From contig OZ024745.1 in the NCBI GenBank assembly GCA_964016885.1, positions 19,158,001-19,222,000 of the forward strand: DNA of 64,000 nucleotides. Reading direction: 5' to 3'. A model generated the notes under the pieces. That model did not search any database. It saw only the letters and a list, made by a program, of their open reading frames with translations, and was not told the origin of the DNA. Below are positions 1-12,509 of this stretch, in pieces (positions within the stretch are counted from its first letter, which is position 1; every line of letters starts with the position of its first letter). This stretch comes from Eledone cirrhosa. Lineage: Eukaryota. Made by a program: the position numbers and the translations under genes.

Positions 1-140
1 GCTGCTATAGGGAGACGGCTGCTATAGGGAGACGGCAGCTATAGGGAGACAGTTGCTATAGGAAGACAGTTGCTATAGGAAGATGGCTGCACAATAAGAT
101 GGCTGCAATAGGAAGACAGTTTCAATAGGAAGATAACTGC
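1..140. repeat. 18-bp minisatellite (gctgctatagggagacgg-like), decaying rightwards
   Basis: About 7 visible copies of gctatagg(g/a)agac. Confidence 0.85.
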
Positions 141-300
141 ATTCAAACATATAATGAGATCTCTCTGATGTTGAATGACTGTGAGTGAGAATCCAAAAGT
201 ATGACAATAATTGACAAGTTTAATTATAATCTCTATTTTATAGATAATTATAGTTGTAATCAACATCTATATAATTTGTTCTTCCCTATATTTCTGTCAG

Positions 301-458
301 GTCTGGTAACTGTGAATAAACGAATCGATTTTGAAGCTATTGAAAAGCTCTCATTCTTAGCCTATGCCTGGGATAATGTTCCACCAAAAATGACTGCTAC
401 TGCCACTGTTTTTGTCACTGTTAAGAACATTAACGATAACAATCCTTTATTCCAGGCT
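301..458 (+). CDS. Cadherin exon A (first visible; end of an EC repeat)
   Basis: tttctgtcag| acceptor, |gtaagt donor; GLVTVNKRIDFEAIEKLSFLAYAWD...VTVKNINDNNPLF has DFE and NDNxP motifs; phase 1 to 0. Confidence 0.93.
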
Positions 459-944
459 GTAAGTTATCTTTTTATTCTGTTAGAAATTCTCATATTTCAA
501 TATATCATTTGTCATTTATTTTTTCATATATGTTTCTACAAATTTTTCATATATCACCACCATCCTTATCATTGTATTTCAACTTCCCATGTTTGACTTG
601 GGAAGCCCTTGCAGTCTGCGTAAGTCCTTTTTTAGAGTTACTACCTTCCTAAATTGATCAGAGGACCATGACTTTCTCATACATTCCATTTTGGCATGTT
701 TTCTATAATTGGATGCCTCTAACAACAACTGCTTTACAGAGTGTACTTGTTGCATTTTATTGTAGTACAAGCACAAAAGAAGTTATGTCCATAGCAATAC
801 TAAAGGGATTATTTCAACCCTACATTGACACTCTTCTTTTGCAGAATGCCCTCGGTGCATTTTATCATAACACATTAGTTTCAATGTCATTTTCATGTGT
901 AATTTCATAAATTTTTCTATAAATATTTCCATATATATATTTAA

Positions 945-1072
945 TATATGTTACTGTATATGTTTCCGTATATTTCCAATATAAGTTTTATATATGTTAC
1001 TGTATATGTTTCCATATATTTCCAATATAAGTTTTATATATGTTACTGTATATGTTTCCGTATATTTCCAAT
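945..1072. repeat. 46-bp tandem repeat, about 2.8 copies
   Basis: ttactgtatatgtttcc at 951, 997 and 1043. Confidence 0.9.
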
Positions 1073-1134
1073 GATAAGCTGGTTACATTGTATATAAACT
1101 AAACGCTCTATGTATAGTAAATACTGTATATATC

Positions 1135-2436
1135 ATCCTCATCACCACACATCCATTTTCCATGCTAGGATGGGTTAGACAGGTTGTCCTATTATGAAAC
1201 AAGTCAGATCAGATGACAATGTCTTGCTCATGCACAACTGTTTCTGGCTTAGTTTCTATGGCTGATGCCCTTCTTAACAATGTGAACTGGGTGATTTTTA
1301 TCATGGCGCCAAAATGACCACTTCAGTGTGTGTGGGACACTTTCTGTCAGGTCACTAACATGACCACTTTACACTGTGGACTGAACACTTTTTGTCATGT
1401 CACCAAAACAACCCTTTTGCGGTGTGGATTGGGTGCTTTTTATCATGACACGAATACAACCACTTTACAGTCTGGAATGCTTGCTTTTTATCATGTCATC
1501 AACATGACCACTTTACAATGTGGATTGGGTGCTTTTTGTTGTGGTACCAAAATTACCACCTTATAGTGTAGACTGGCCACTTTTTGTCATGTCACTAACA
1601 TGATCACTTTACAGGTTGTTCTGGATGCTTTTGTTGTGTCACCATCATGACCATTTTACAGCGTGGACGAAGTTTATTATCATGCAATGTCATGTAGCTA
1701 ACACAACCACACTACAGGATAGACTGATTACTTTTTGGAACACCCACCTCTACTGCTAATTTGATCACACAGATGCCAGAAACTATCAGCTGTTTCTATA
1801 GAGCCCTCTGGGCATTTAAAGGAGATAGTATTCTGTGAGCTAATGCTACTTACTGCACCTGTGCATCAGCCACATATAAAACCTACATTCCTAACTAAAC
1901 TTCCTGAGATTCCACTACATCTCTTATGTAACCATAGTTTGCATTTGGGACATAGGATGAAATTTCTACCTATTCCTTTTCTACACACTGAACAAGGCCA
2001 TTTACCTGAGGGAATCTGATCCTTTATTTCCTTTCTACATACTAGATCTTTAATTTTTGTCAAGTTGACTTTAAGACTTTTTGATTCTAAGCCATACATT
2101 CAGGTTTGGAATTTTTTCTCTAATTCTGACATAGATTCAGCTACAAGTGTTAGATTATCTGCATACAGAAGTTTCCATGGGCAGCCAGTCTTAAATACTT
2201 CTATTATAGCCTGTAGGGCAATAATAAACAGGAGAGGACTAAGAATGGAGCACTGTTAGACTCCTATCCACATGCTAAATTCTTCACTATAGTCATTGTT
2301 AATTTTAACCTTGCTGACTGTTCCTCTATACATAGTTTGTACTGCCTTCACAAGCTACTCATCTACTCCTAGTTTTCTAAGAATCCACCAGATATTGGAA
2401 CGGGGTACTGTCAAAAGCTTTCTCCAGTTCAACAGA
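1135..2436 (-). mobile_element. Decayed RTE-clade LINE: RT/zinc-finger fragment plus 3' UTR containing a degenerate ~47-bp tandem array (about 1290-1735)
   Basis: Minus-strand GLESKSLKVNLTKIK...GKWPCSVCRKG and KAFD remnants match the copy at 15331; 3' UTR motifs ccatgctaggatgggttagac and gatgcccttc. Confidence 0.85.
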
Positions 2437-2593
2437 TGTCTACTATAATTAAATCTCTTTAGCCCATTTTTGTTCATAGCACTCTACCTCTCTCATCTCA
2501 TTGCCTCTATAATAGAGGGATGGTGATGCATTAGATATGGGTTTTTTTTAACACCATCTTGCCATCATCCATCTCTCTCACGCTGTCTCTCTC

Positions 2594-2599
2594 TATATA

Positions 2600-2674
<75 letters not shown>
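2594..2674. repeat. (TA)n microsatellite
   Basis: Direct reading. Confidence 0.95.
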
Positions 2675-2678
<4 letters not shown>

Positions 2679-3160
2679 TGTATGTATAGTATATTTGGCA
2701 ATATACCATATGTTTAATTAAAAACATTTTGAAGACCTTGCGCTATCATTTTAAAGTAGTGACTATGTCACTTACTTCTTTTTTCGTCAAAGGTAGGGAG
2801 AGAAGCTGACAGATTCTGTTTCACACTGTTGAGGGTCATCAATTAGGTCGAAAATTATAGAGGCTGGATAGCACCAATCCTAATTTTTTTATTTTTGCTG
2901 GACCGGTAATCGCTCTGTGTAATCAGTTCCTGATTATTACTGGAATTCTATAAGAATCCAACCTCTATAATTTTCAGTGGAGCCAGGGAGTACGTTGCTC
3001 TGAGGTACACCAACAGTGTGAAACAGAATCTGTCAGCTTCTCTCCCTTCTTTGCCGAAAAAAGAAGTGACATAGTCACTACTTTAAAATGATAGCGCAAG
3101 GTCTTCAAAATATTTTTAATTAAACATGGTATATTGCCAAATATACTATACATACATTCA
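2675..3160. mobile_element. MITE/foldback-like element with ~155-bp terminal inverted repeats
   Basis: 2675-2831 is the near-perfect reverse complement of 3011-3160; a further inner IR aaaattatagagg / cctctataatttt; no coding capacity. Confidence 0.85.
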
Positions 3161-3216
3161 TGTATACATCGCTATTTCAGAGCACCAATCCTAATATATA
3201 TATATACATATACATC

Positions 3217-3262
<46 letters not shown>

Positions 3263-3911
3263 CTGTTCATTATTTCCACTACTATCTCTCTCTCTCTCCC
3301 ATTATTTAAAATTAGAATTACACATGCAACGAAGGAGAGAGAACATCAACAGAAGGGCTGATATTAACTTAATCTGATCTATGGCAAGGATGATGGCAAC
3401 TTTGGTATTATCAAAACTGATGGTTAGCAGGCTATCACTCCCCATTTTACATTGCCAACCATGTTTGCTTTGAAAAAAATGGAGATAGTGTATAGGAGAG
3501 GGGGATAATTAGCATTACAGGAGCAAGACAACCTCTTTAGTGTTGGTGCCAAGATAAAATACATCACGTAGACCTTGCAAATTAGTTGGTGATCAACCAA
3601 AAAACCAAAAACAATGTAGTGTAAAGAGGATTCTATAGCCATATCAAGGATATGAGAACATTTCTAGTACTGGTACCACAATAAACTACACAGTTTACTT
3701 CATCAATCCTGTTATTGGTGTTAGAAAGAGCAACCATACTAAAAATCAAATGTAATAGTAAGCTATGATCCTTTGACCCATCTTAGTGTAACTCACAGTT
3801 AGAACTGATGATAATCATGGCAATAACAATAATAGTAGTGGTAGTGATGACAACAATGTTTTCACTTCTTTTATTGGAACCTGATATTTTGATATTTTTA
3901 TTCATTTTCAG

Positions 3912-4061
3912 TCAATCTACAATTTCAATACTGAAGAAAACACCAGCAAAGGCCAGATAATTGGAACTGTATCAGCAACTGATATTGACAAAGGAACATA
4001 TGGTTCTGTATTGTATACAATTGAAAGTAATGCAGGAATTTTCGACATAAATACAATAACA
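3912..4061 (+). CDS. Cadherin exon B
   Basis: ttttcag| and |gtaaga; SIYNFNTEENTSKGQIIGTVSATDIDKGTYGSVLYTIESNAGIFDINTIT (ATDxD motif); 150 nt, phase 0 to 0. Confidence 0.93.
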
Positions 4062-5606
4062 GTAAGAATTTACATTCATTTGAAGGTTTATTTCTGCCTG
4101 GAGTTGCAACAGGTAAAGAGTATCAGCAATATAAAGACCATTGTTTCCTTAGTCCGATTCAATGAGTTCCACCCTACTCCACAAGCAAATGAAGTCTGGG
4201 ATCTCTATCAAACTCTATATCTATGCTAAGGTTTATTAGGGAGAAAAATCTGACATTCTTACCTTTCTCAAGAACATTTGTGGCAAAGAGTTTTTTTTCT
4301 TTTACACCTGTTAATTCTTTTTTGTTTTTGTTTTTACAAAATACCAATCAAATCTCCCTCAATATCACACCCCATTGTCTTCAAGAGGGATACATTGAAT
4401 AATGTGGTCCTACATTCCCTGCACATAGGAAAACTATACAATGGTCATAGCTGGAATAGATGTCTTCTCAGCAAGAGCTGATTTGGTATTAAATAACAAC
4501 AGTAGCAATAATTTCTTTCTTTGTAGTAAGTCTGGTTAATTGGTGCTGACTTGGGTCCTAAAAAACAACAATAAAAACTTTATTTTTTCCAAGGTAGGAG
4601 CCTCTACACAATTACTTGACCTGCTAAATATAGCAGCAAAAGCTTCGACATAATACAACATCCTCTCTTCAAAAAGGACACACTAGGTAATGTAGTTCTA
4701 GATACAATGTTTGAAAATATTGAAAAGGAAAATGGGGTGGTCATGCCTGGAACGCTTTCAATCATTGGTCTACTGGGCCAGGGTTAGGGTTATAATTAAG
4801 GTTAGGGTTAAGGTTAGGCTGGATCAAGGCTGACTTCTGACACAACAACAACTCTTCTGTTTGTGAATATTGAACAATAGAAATACAGGTGAATATTAAA
4901 CACAGAGTTAATTAAACAGAGATAGATGAATATATAACTAGTAAGTGAAGAGATAATCATTAAATAGGCAAAACTGTAGATTGCTTGGTGAACAGTGCAG
5001 ATGTAAGTTGGCATGAAACTGTAGACAGCTCAGGTTAATATCAAACTGTAAATACCTTGGTGAACAATGCTGAGGTAGATTAACCTTTTTGATACCTACC
5101 TGGCCAAAACTGGCTCTGGTTCTATGAAACAAAGCCACCCATTTCAAAGAGTTCTCATTCAAATTCAAATCTTTCAGTGTAATTTTATATAAGAACCATA
5201 TGTTAAATTACTATCTTAGTAATGAAATAATGAATAACTTTAGTAAATCCTTCAAAATTCTTCATTAACCCTTTCATTACCAACCCAGCTAAAAACATCC
5301 ATTATAAAGAGTTCCTGTTCAAATTAAAATCTTTCAACATTTTATAAAAACCACATATTAAGTTTCTATATATGTATGTAAGTGTATATATGTATTATGT
5401 ATATATATCTTAATGAGACAATAATTTTAGTAAATCCTTCAATATGTTTCATTAATTAATTGAAATAGACCTACATAAGGGTTAGCATAAAAGTGTACTG
5501 ATCTATAATAATTTTAACCCTTCCCATTAATAAAACAAGTTTCTGTAAAACCTTTTGTTTTATTAGAACATCATCATCATCATCAACAAACAAATCAAAT
5601 ATAATT

Positions 5607-5730
5607 GTTCTGAATTCAAATCCCACCGAGGTTAACTTTGATTTTCATCCTTACGGGCTTGATAAAATAGAGCACCAGTAATGCACTGGGGTTATTGCTG
5701 GCCTTGTGCTAAAAATAGAAACAATTATTA
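5607..5730 (+). mobile_element. tRNA-derived SINE, partial (family A)
   Basis: ttcaaatcccaccgaggttaactttg...gccttgtgctaaaaatagaaacaatta matches the copy at 27817. Confidence 0.8.
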
Positions 5731-5782
5731 TTTGATATAAAACTCACAAAGACACTTTTTCTTTTATGTTCTGATCATTTAG

Positions 5783-5905
5783 GGGGAAATGATGGTTTTA
5801 AATTCCACTGCTTTAGATCGGGAAACTGTGGAAGAAATTCGTGTGACAGTCACAGCTTTTGATTCTCCTAATGATGCATCTGTTCGAAGAAGCTCAGTTG
5901 TACCC
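5783..5905 (+). CDS. Cadherin exon C
   Basis: catttag| and |gtaagt; GEMMVLNSTALDRETVEEIRVTVTAFDSPNDASVRRSSVVP (LDRE motif); 123 nt. Confidence 0.93.
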
Positions 5906-6504
5906 GTAAGTATTATTAATTTACCCCCACCCCCCACCAAATTTGAGTACTTTGTACCTTGTGGTGATTATTGTTATTATTAAACTTTCATTGAATTCCG
6001 CTTCTTTCTCATATCTTGTGAAAATTTTGGTAATACACACATTTAACAATCAATCGAAACAATCAGGTGATACTTCATAGTAACAACACTCACAACTTAG
6101 CCATAATAAATGAATATTGAAACTCTACTTTAGTACTGAGTACTCTTTACTCTCATCCAACAACTACACAAAGATCCTTCTTTAGGGTGAAAGCAGAAAT
6201 TGTTTGCTTACATTTTTAATCTGTTATATATATATAAACGGAAAAAATGAAACGAAATTTCATTTCTTACTCTTAGTACGGCTGTTGTATGTATAAGTAT
6301 GTATACGTACATAGATATATGTATACAGATGTACAGTAGTATATATACATACATGCACACATATATATATGTACGTATGGATTCACCGAACATTTATTAT
6401 AATGCTTGGTGTGTTTGTAAACAAACATCCCGAATTAAGCCGTACAGTGTCTAGCAACCATCAAAGGAACGCTGGAATGGACCCCAGTCCTATCATCTCA
6501 TTTC

Positions 6505-6638
6505 TACAGCTGAGTAAACTGGAGCAATGTGAAATAAAGTGTCTTGCTCAAGGAAACAACACATCACCCGGTCCGAGAATTGAACTCACAACCTTTCGAT
6601 TGCAAGCCCAATGCTCTAACCACTAAGCCATGTGCCTA
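6505..6638 (-). mobile_element. tRNA-derived SINE head (family B)
   Basis: Reverse complement has A-box tggcttagtggttag, B-box gttcaattc and core ccttgagcaagacac; related copy at about 26340-26450. Confidence 0.75.
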
Positions 6639-6639
6639 A

Positions 6640-6912
6640 AAAGTCAATCTGTGAACGCAGAAGTAAATATTTTAAAAAACGTTGCAATCGGAGGAAGACA
6701 GGAAGACGATACTTTGGTTCGTGGAAACGTTCCCTGGCAAAGAAAGGGAAAAAAAATGAAGATAATAAAACAATTATTAGGTTGTTCATGGAAACGTTTT
6801 TTGAAATATTTACTTCTGTGTTCACAGATTGACTTTTTTAGTTTCAGAAGATCCCGTTAAGGGTGAAAGCAGCGATTCTTTGCTTAAACTTTAATCTGTT
6901 ATTTTAATAAAT
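6640..6912. mobile_element. Non-autonomous element fragment with an internal inverted repeat
   Basis: aagtcaatctgtgaacgcagaagtaaatattt (about 6641) is inverted at about 6800-6836; homologous copy at about 19550-19960. Confidence 0.65.
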
Positions 6913-7293
6913 ATATATATATATTGTTATACTTGGGGAAGATCATATTGTTGTAATAATATTGCCAGAAATAATAACTTATTCTCCTCATTTAGTGACA
7001 CTTCCAAGCTGCCTTCTTATCAGTATCAGTGATGGCAAGTATACCATCATCATTACGGACACACTTCTCTCCAACAATATCACGGTTTTCCTTGACACAT
7101 TGTCTAGCAATCCTGAACACTTCACGTTTTTGGTCCTCGTGTTATAGAACATGCTTGAACTTTCTTTCCTCTGTTTCCCTTCTTGCAAAGTACACTTGTC
7201 TCCTAGCTTCCCTCCTGGCGACTTCATAGTGTTCTCTACTTCCCCCATCCTGCCATACTTTCCAAGCATATATATATATATGTATGTATATAA

Positions 7294-8190
7294 ATATATT
7301 AATATCAAAAACACCAAAGATTCAAATCATTATCAAACTGACATGTTCTACTGGCTTAAAATTTCCACACTTGCGCCATAATATTATAATTCTAAAATTC
7401 TAAAATTTTATAATTTTATAACTTAACCCACAGGTGTTGATTTAGAATCATCATCATCATCATCATCGTTTAACGTCCATCTTCCACGCTTGCATCAGAG
7501 TTTATTAAATTCTTCATCAATATTTCACATATATTAAAAGTTCATTGCATTATGATAACAGCTTATAGAAACTTTCGAAAACTTTAACAATTCTAAAAAT
7601 AAAAATTTTTTTTTTATAATTTTAACAAATGATTAAAAAAAAAACATCCTAAAACAGTTTAATTATAGCAATGCTGGAGGGATGACTACGTGTGTGAGAG
7701 TTAGAGAGAATCTTATTTGGGGTTACAATTACAGAGGATCAGTAGACGGTCTGAGTTCAAATCCTGTCGAGGTTAACTTTGCCTTTCATTCTTACGGGGT
7801 CGATAAAATAAAATACCAGTAATGTACTGGGTAATTGCTAGCCTTGTGCCAAAAGTAGAAACAACTATTACAGAGGGTCTTATATTGAAAGATCGTATTT
7901 ATACGTTTAGAGTCATTATTAAAAGAAGTTTCTCAGTAATGAAACCGTAAGTATATATCTTGAGACGTGCCATGTTCAGTATTGTTGTTGGGTTCAGAGG
8001 TGTCAATGGTTGCATGTAATTGGATATTTTTAAGATTCTAAATCAACACCTGTGGGTTAAATTATAAAATTATAAAATTTAAAAATTTTAGAATTATAAT
8101 ATTATGGCCCAAGTGTGGACATTTTAAGCCAGCAGAAACATGTCAGTTTGATTATGATTTGAATCTTTGGTGTTTTTTATATTAATATAT
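7294..8190. mobile_element. MITE-like element with ~155-bp TIRs and nested SINE fragments
   Basis: 7294-7449 is the reverse complement of 8034-8190; internal RTE-tail fragment at about 7450-7495 and family A SINE at about 7735-7870. Confidence 0.85.
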
Positions 8191-8406
8191 GACAGCTCTG
8201 CATGACCCCCATTGTAGTGAGCTTTTAATCAATTGGTAAAGGAGTTCAACTACTCCAGTTAATAACATTAATATTATTATTATTATTTGTGTATATATAA
8301 ATCCATACAAGAGCATAAAATACGTACACAAACCATAAACCTGTATACATGCTTGACTATACAAGACATGAGTTTTCATATATATGTGATTTATATGTCT
8401 TTGCAG

Positions 8407-8584
8407 GTTTATATCACCCTGACAGACAAAAATGATAATGCCCCTGTATTTTCGCAATCTTACTTTGCGACAATTGAGGAAGATGCCCCCTTTGGCTTGA
8501 GTATCTTAAAAGTGTCAGCTAATGATAATGACATTGGAGTGAATGCCATTGTTAGATATATTAAATCTACAGGTGAACCTCAAG
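8407..8584 (+). CDS. Cadherin exon D
   Basis: ttgcag| and |gtgagt; VYITLTDKNDNAPVFSQSY...EEDAP...VSANDNDIGVNAIVRY; phase 0 to 1. Confidence 0.94.
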
Positions 8585-8861
8585 GTGAGTTCTGTACTTT
8601 TTGTAAGGTGTGTAGATAAATTGAACAGGTAACAATCCTAACGGACAGTTGGCGAGGTATGTAGACAGACAGTTCAACAGACTAGCAGATGTGTAGACAA
8701 ACAGGTGGACATATAGAAAGGTAGCATCAACTCTACTACTATCACTGCCAACTCTACTACTGCCAACACTACTACTACTGCCAACACTACTCCTATTGCC
8801 AAAACTACTACTACTACTACTAGTACTGCCAACACTATTACTGCAATTACTACCACCACCA

Positions 8862-10370
8862 TAATAATGAATAATGAAAATATTGTGTACAGTGCTGAGG
8901 TGCACTACAACTCATCAAAAGTGTATGTATAGTACATAGGGTAATGTACAAACGTCAGAAAAATGAACAGTGCATGAGTCATGATATACACATGTGTGCA
9001 TGTGTATGGAAGGGGTACATCAGGTGTAGTTTTGGCGAATTTGGGGAAGTATGGGGGTTTTAAAGGATGCAGTGTCTCGGCAGCTAACAACTGACGCAGG
9101 CAGTTTATTCCATGCTTCAACAACTCTGAGCGTGAAAAAATGTTTCCAAAAGTCATGGAAGCTGTTCTGTTTTCTGACTTTGTAGGCATGTCCATGTGTG
9201 TTAGACACATGGAGATCAAAAAGGTACTCAGGGTTGTTGTTGGCAAGATGGTTAATAACTTTGTGGGTGTTTACCAAGTCCATTGCCAGACGTCGGAGCT
9301 TCAATGAATCCATGCCCAGGGAAGCAAGGCGTTCAGAGTATGGTAGGTGTCTGATGGAGGGTATGCACTTGGTTGCACGAGTTTCCAGGAGGTCAATGTT
9401 CTGAGCAAGATAGGGGTTCCAGACTGATGATGCGAATTCCAAGTGTGGTCGTACCATAGCTGTATACAGTTTTAAATAGATGGCTGGAGAGCGGCTAACA
9501 AAGGTTTTGCTGAGTGATGCCAAGACACCCTTGGCCTTCTTGACAATCTTAGAGACGTGCTTTGTCCAACGCAAATCGCTGCTCACAGTAATGCCCAGGA
9601 CTTCTTGATATCAGTGTTGTGGAGGGAGTATGTGGACGCTGGATTTTTCCTCCCAAAATGCATGGTGGTACACTTGTCCACAGCCAGCTTCAGTTGCCAA
9701 TCTGTGATCCATTGCTGCATTGTGTCCAGGTCTGATTGTAGGAAAGAGTTGTAGATTTCAGGATCAGTCCTTTTGATTTCAAGGTACAGCTTGATGTCAT
9801 CTGAATATTTCAGTACCGTGGCATTCTTTAAGTTGGCATCTATGTCATTAATATATGCCACAAACAAAAGGGGACCAAGAACCGATCCCTGTGGTACACC
9901 AGATGACATCTCATATGGTGAAGAATGCTGTCGTAGAACCATGACTACCTCTTTTCGGCTGAGAATGAAGGATTTCAACTAGTTAAAATGATCATCCCTC
10001 ACACCCATTGCAGAGAGTTTTGCCATAAGTCTTTTGTGTGGCACAGAATTAAAAGCCTTAGCAAAGTGAAGGTAAACAACATCCATCCATGAGCCGCTGT
10101 CAGTGATCCGGGTAATGTCTTCAAGGAACTCGATAAGCTGATCACAGCAGCTGGAGTTAGGGATAAATCCAAACTGCGAGGGCCGCATGAGGCTGTGAGA
10201 GCTCCAGAAGTTCCAAAGTGTTTCTCTGACACAGGATTCCATCAGTTTGGCAATACAGCTAGTAAGACTAACTGGACGATAGTTGACAGGTGACGTGCTG
10301 TCGCCCTTTTTGAACAGAGGAATGACACTGGCAGTTTTCCACTGCTCCGGCGTAGCACCATTGTTGAGAC
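8862..10370 (-). mobile_element. 5'-truncated, decayed CR1/L2-group LINE (RT pseudogene)
   Basis: QFGF, KAFNSVPH, SGVPQGSVLGPLLF, YSDD, VRPHLEFASSVWNPY and FFTLRVVEAWNKLP over three broken ORFs; 3' end next to a (TAA)n-like tail. Confidence 0.92.
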
Positions 10371-10399
10371 AGTATTGAAAGAAGAAAGAAAGCTGGTGC

Positions 10400-10620
10400 C
10401 ACTGATACCACCACTACTACCACCACTATTACCACTACTGCCACCCCTACTATTATTACCACTACTACTACAACTACTACCACCATCACCACTACTAATA
10501 CTACCACAAATACCACTACTACCATGACTACCATAATACTACTATAATACTACTATGACCACAACTACTAATACTACCACTACCTCCAACACTACCAGCT
10601 CAGCTACTCACACTATCCTC
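10400..10620. repeat. (ACT/ACC)n low-complexity tract
   Basis: Direct reading; a similar tract at 8730-8860 flanks the other end of the LINE. Confidence 0.85.
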
Positions 10621-10640
10621 CTCCTTCTCTACTGCCACAG

Positions 10641-10879
10641 GTCTGTTCTCAGTATCTTCTGATGGGGTTATTAGTGTAAGTAGAAGTCTACTCAACAAGA
10701 CTGGTCGCTACAACTTCTTGGTGACTGCGATCAGTGATGGCAAATCTAGTTCTCACAGAAACCAAAATGTCTTTTTGAGCTCACAGGTGAACGTAACTAT
10801 TAATGTGGTTAAAGGTATAAGTGCTGCCCCATTGTGGATAGCTCCAGCTACTGACAATGAAGTTCTTAATGTTCTTGAG
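10641..10879 (+). CDS. Cadherin exon E
   Basis: ccacag| and |gtaagt; (G)LFSVSSDGVISVSRSLLNKTGRYNFLVTAISDG...VNVTINVVKGISAAPLWIAPATDNEVLNVLE; phase 1 to 0 matches both neighbours. Confidence 0.9.
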
Positions 10880-10904
10880 GTAAGTATTACACAAAAGGTT
10901 TCCC

Positions 10905-11165
10905 TCTTTTTATTATTGACCACTGGCTAAATTTGTGATTTGACTAGAGTTGTGTAAGGTGACATGGGGATTAAGTACTTCTTTTTCTGTTATCGACCAC
11001 TGGCTAACTTTGGGATTGGCTTAGAGTTTTGTAAGTTGACATGAGGACTAAGTACTTCTTTTTCTGTTATTGACCACTGGCTAACTTTGGGGTTGGCTTA
11101 GAGTTGTGTAAGTTGACATGAGGACTAAGTACTTCTTTTTCTGTTATTGACCGCTGGCTAAATGT
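10905..11165. repeat. 77-bp tandem repeat, about 3.2 copies
   Basis: gacc(a/g)ctggctaa at 10918, 10995, 11072 and 11149. Confidence 0.9.
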
Positions 11166-11174
11166 TTTTTGGTC

Positions 11175-11340
11175 GATAAAATATACCCCAGTGTATTACT
11201 GGTATTTTATTTTATTGACCCTGTAAGGATGAAAGGCAAAGCTAACCTTGGCAGAATTTGAACTCAGAATTAAAGGGATGTAACTATATGCCACAAAGCA
11301 TGTTGTCTGACGCTCTACTGATTACGGCCAATCCACCACC
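11175..11340 (-). mobile_element. tRNA-derived SINE (family A)
   Basis: ggatgaaaggcaaag...atttgaactcaga...gccaatccacc is the reverse complement of the 27817 consensus. Confidence 0.8.
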
Positions 11341-11396
11341 AATTAATAATAACTGATATTTAATAATCATTTAAAAATTTGTTTTTAATATTTCAG

Positions 11397-11591
11397 AGCC
11401 AATACAAAGGAATGTTTGTCTACCGAGCTAGGGCAGTTAGTTCAGACTTAGGACCAAATGGTCGAATAAAGTATATGTTCCTTCGAGAAACATTTTATTC
11501 TCAAACAACCAAAGAATTTTATATCAATCCTATAACGGGTGTAATTTCAGCATTCAGAATATTTGACAGAGAAGAAAAAGACACTTACACT
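11397..11591 (+). CDS. Cadherin exon F
   Basis: tttcag| and |gtaaga; SQYKGMFVYRARAVSSDLGPNGRIKY...FYINPITGVISAFRIFDREEKDTYT; 195 nt. Confidence 0.93.
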
Positions 11592-12352
11592 GTAAGAAAC
11601 CATTTCCTAATTTTTCATTGTAAGAATTCTTATTTGAAGAACAAACTAGAGTGCAGAGATTAAATAAATAAATAAGTAAATGTTCTCTCTCTTTCACTCA
11701 TAGCCTCCGTCTCCCTCACTCTCCCCATCTCTCCCTGTTATAAGCAAATGGGGTCCCACGAGCTGGCTGCCCCACGGCTCCAGCGGACAGAACAGAGAAG
11801 GAATTTCCCTGGAGGATGATGGCGGTGACATGCTGGAAGAGCCATTCCAGCTTGTGAGGCTCACACTTGTCGATAACCAACTCCATCGTGATGGTGGTGA
11901 GTAAGGAGGTGGTCCTTAGTTGTCTAGCTACTTCCTCTTTACACCGATCACCATCAGGACCTCAGACATACTCAGACCATGGATAGCTGACTACCTCCAT
12001 AAAATCAGATCAATGGCAGCCCATCTGAGGAAGGAGTCCCTCATGGTGGGCTCACTGTTGCAGCGTGTGTCACTGGTCATTGTCTGCAGAAATGCCTTTG
12101 CCAGTTTGTTCGCAGGGTACAGCCAAAACACCGCTTTGACCTAGGGATACAGTGTATCACCCTCTCCCTTTCCCCTTTTCTTCTTTCCTTTGATTAATAG
12201 TCCTTCCTCTTTCTCTCCTTTTCCTCTTATTTACAGCATTCATAGTACTTTCTAATGCTGCTCTCTTTTTCCGTATGTTTAACCAAATAAAAATGAAATA
12301 AAATTTAAAAAGCATCATTGGGTTAATATTCACAAATGTCTTTATATTACAG

Positions 12353-12460
12353 CTGGATCTGATAGCTGAAGACAGTAACACCATTCCTCAGAAATCTGAA
12401 CGACGTTTAATTATCAAGATCCTTGATGTTAATGACAATAAACCAGCATTTTCTGTTTCT
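12353..12460 (+). CDS. Cadherin exon G
   Basis: attacag| and |gtaagt; LDLIAEDSNTIPQKSERRLIIKILDVNDNKPAFSVS (DVNDNxP); too short to appear in the ORF track. Confidence 0.92.
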
Positions 12461-12509
12461 GTAAGTTTATTCTTGTTATAGATTTTATATTTTATTAAAG
12501 ATTACACAA

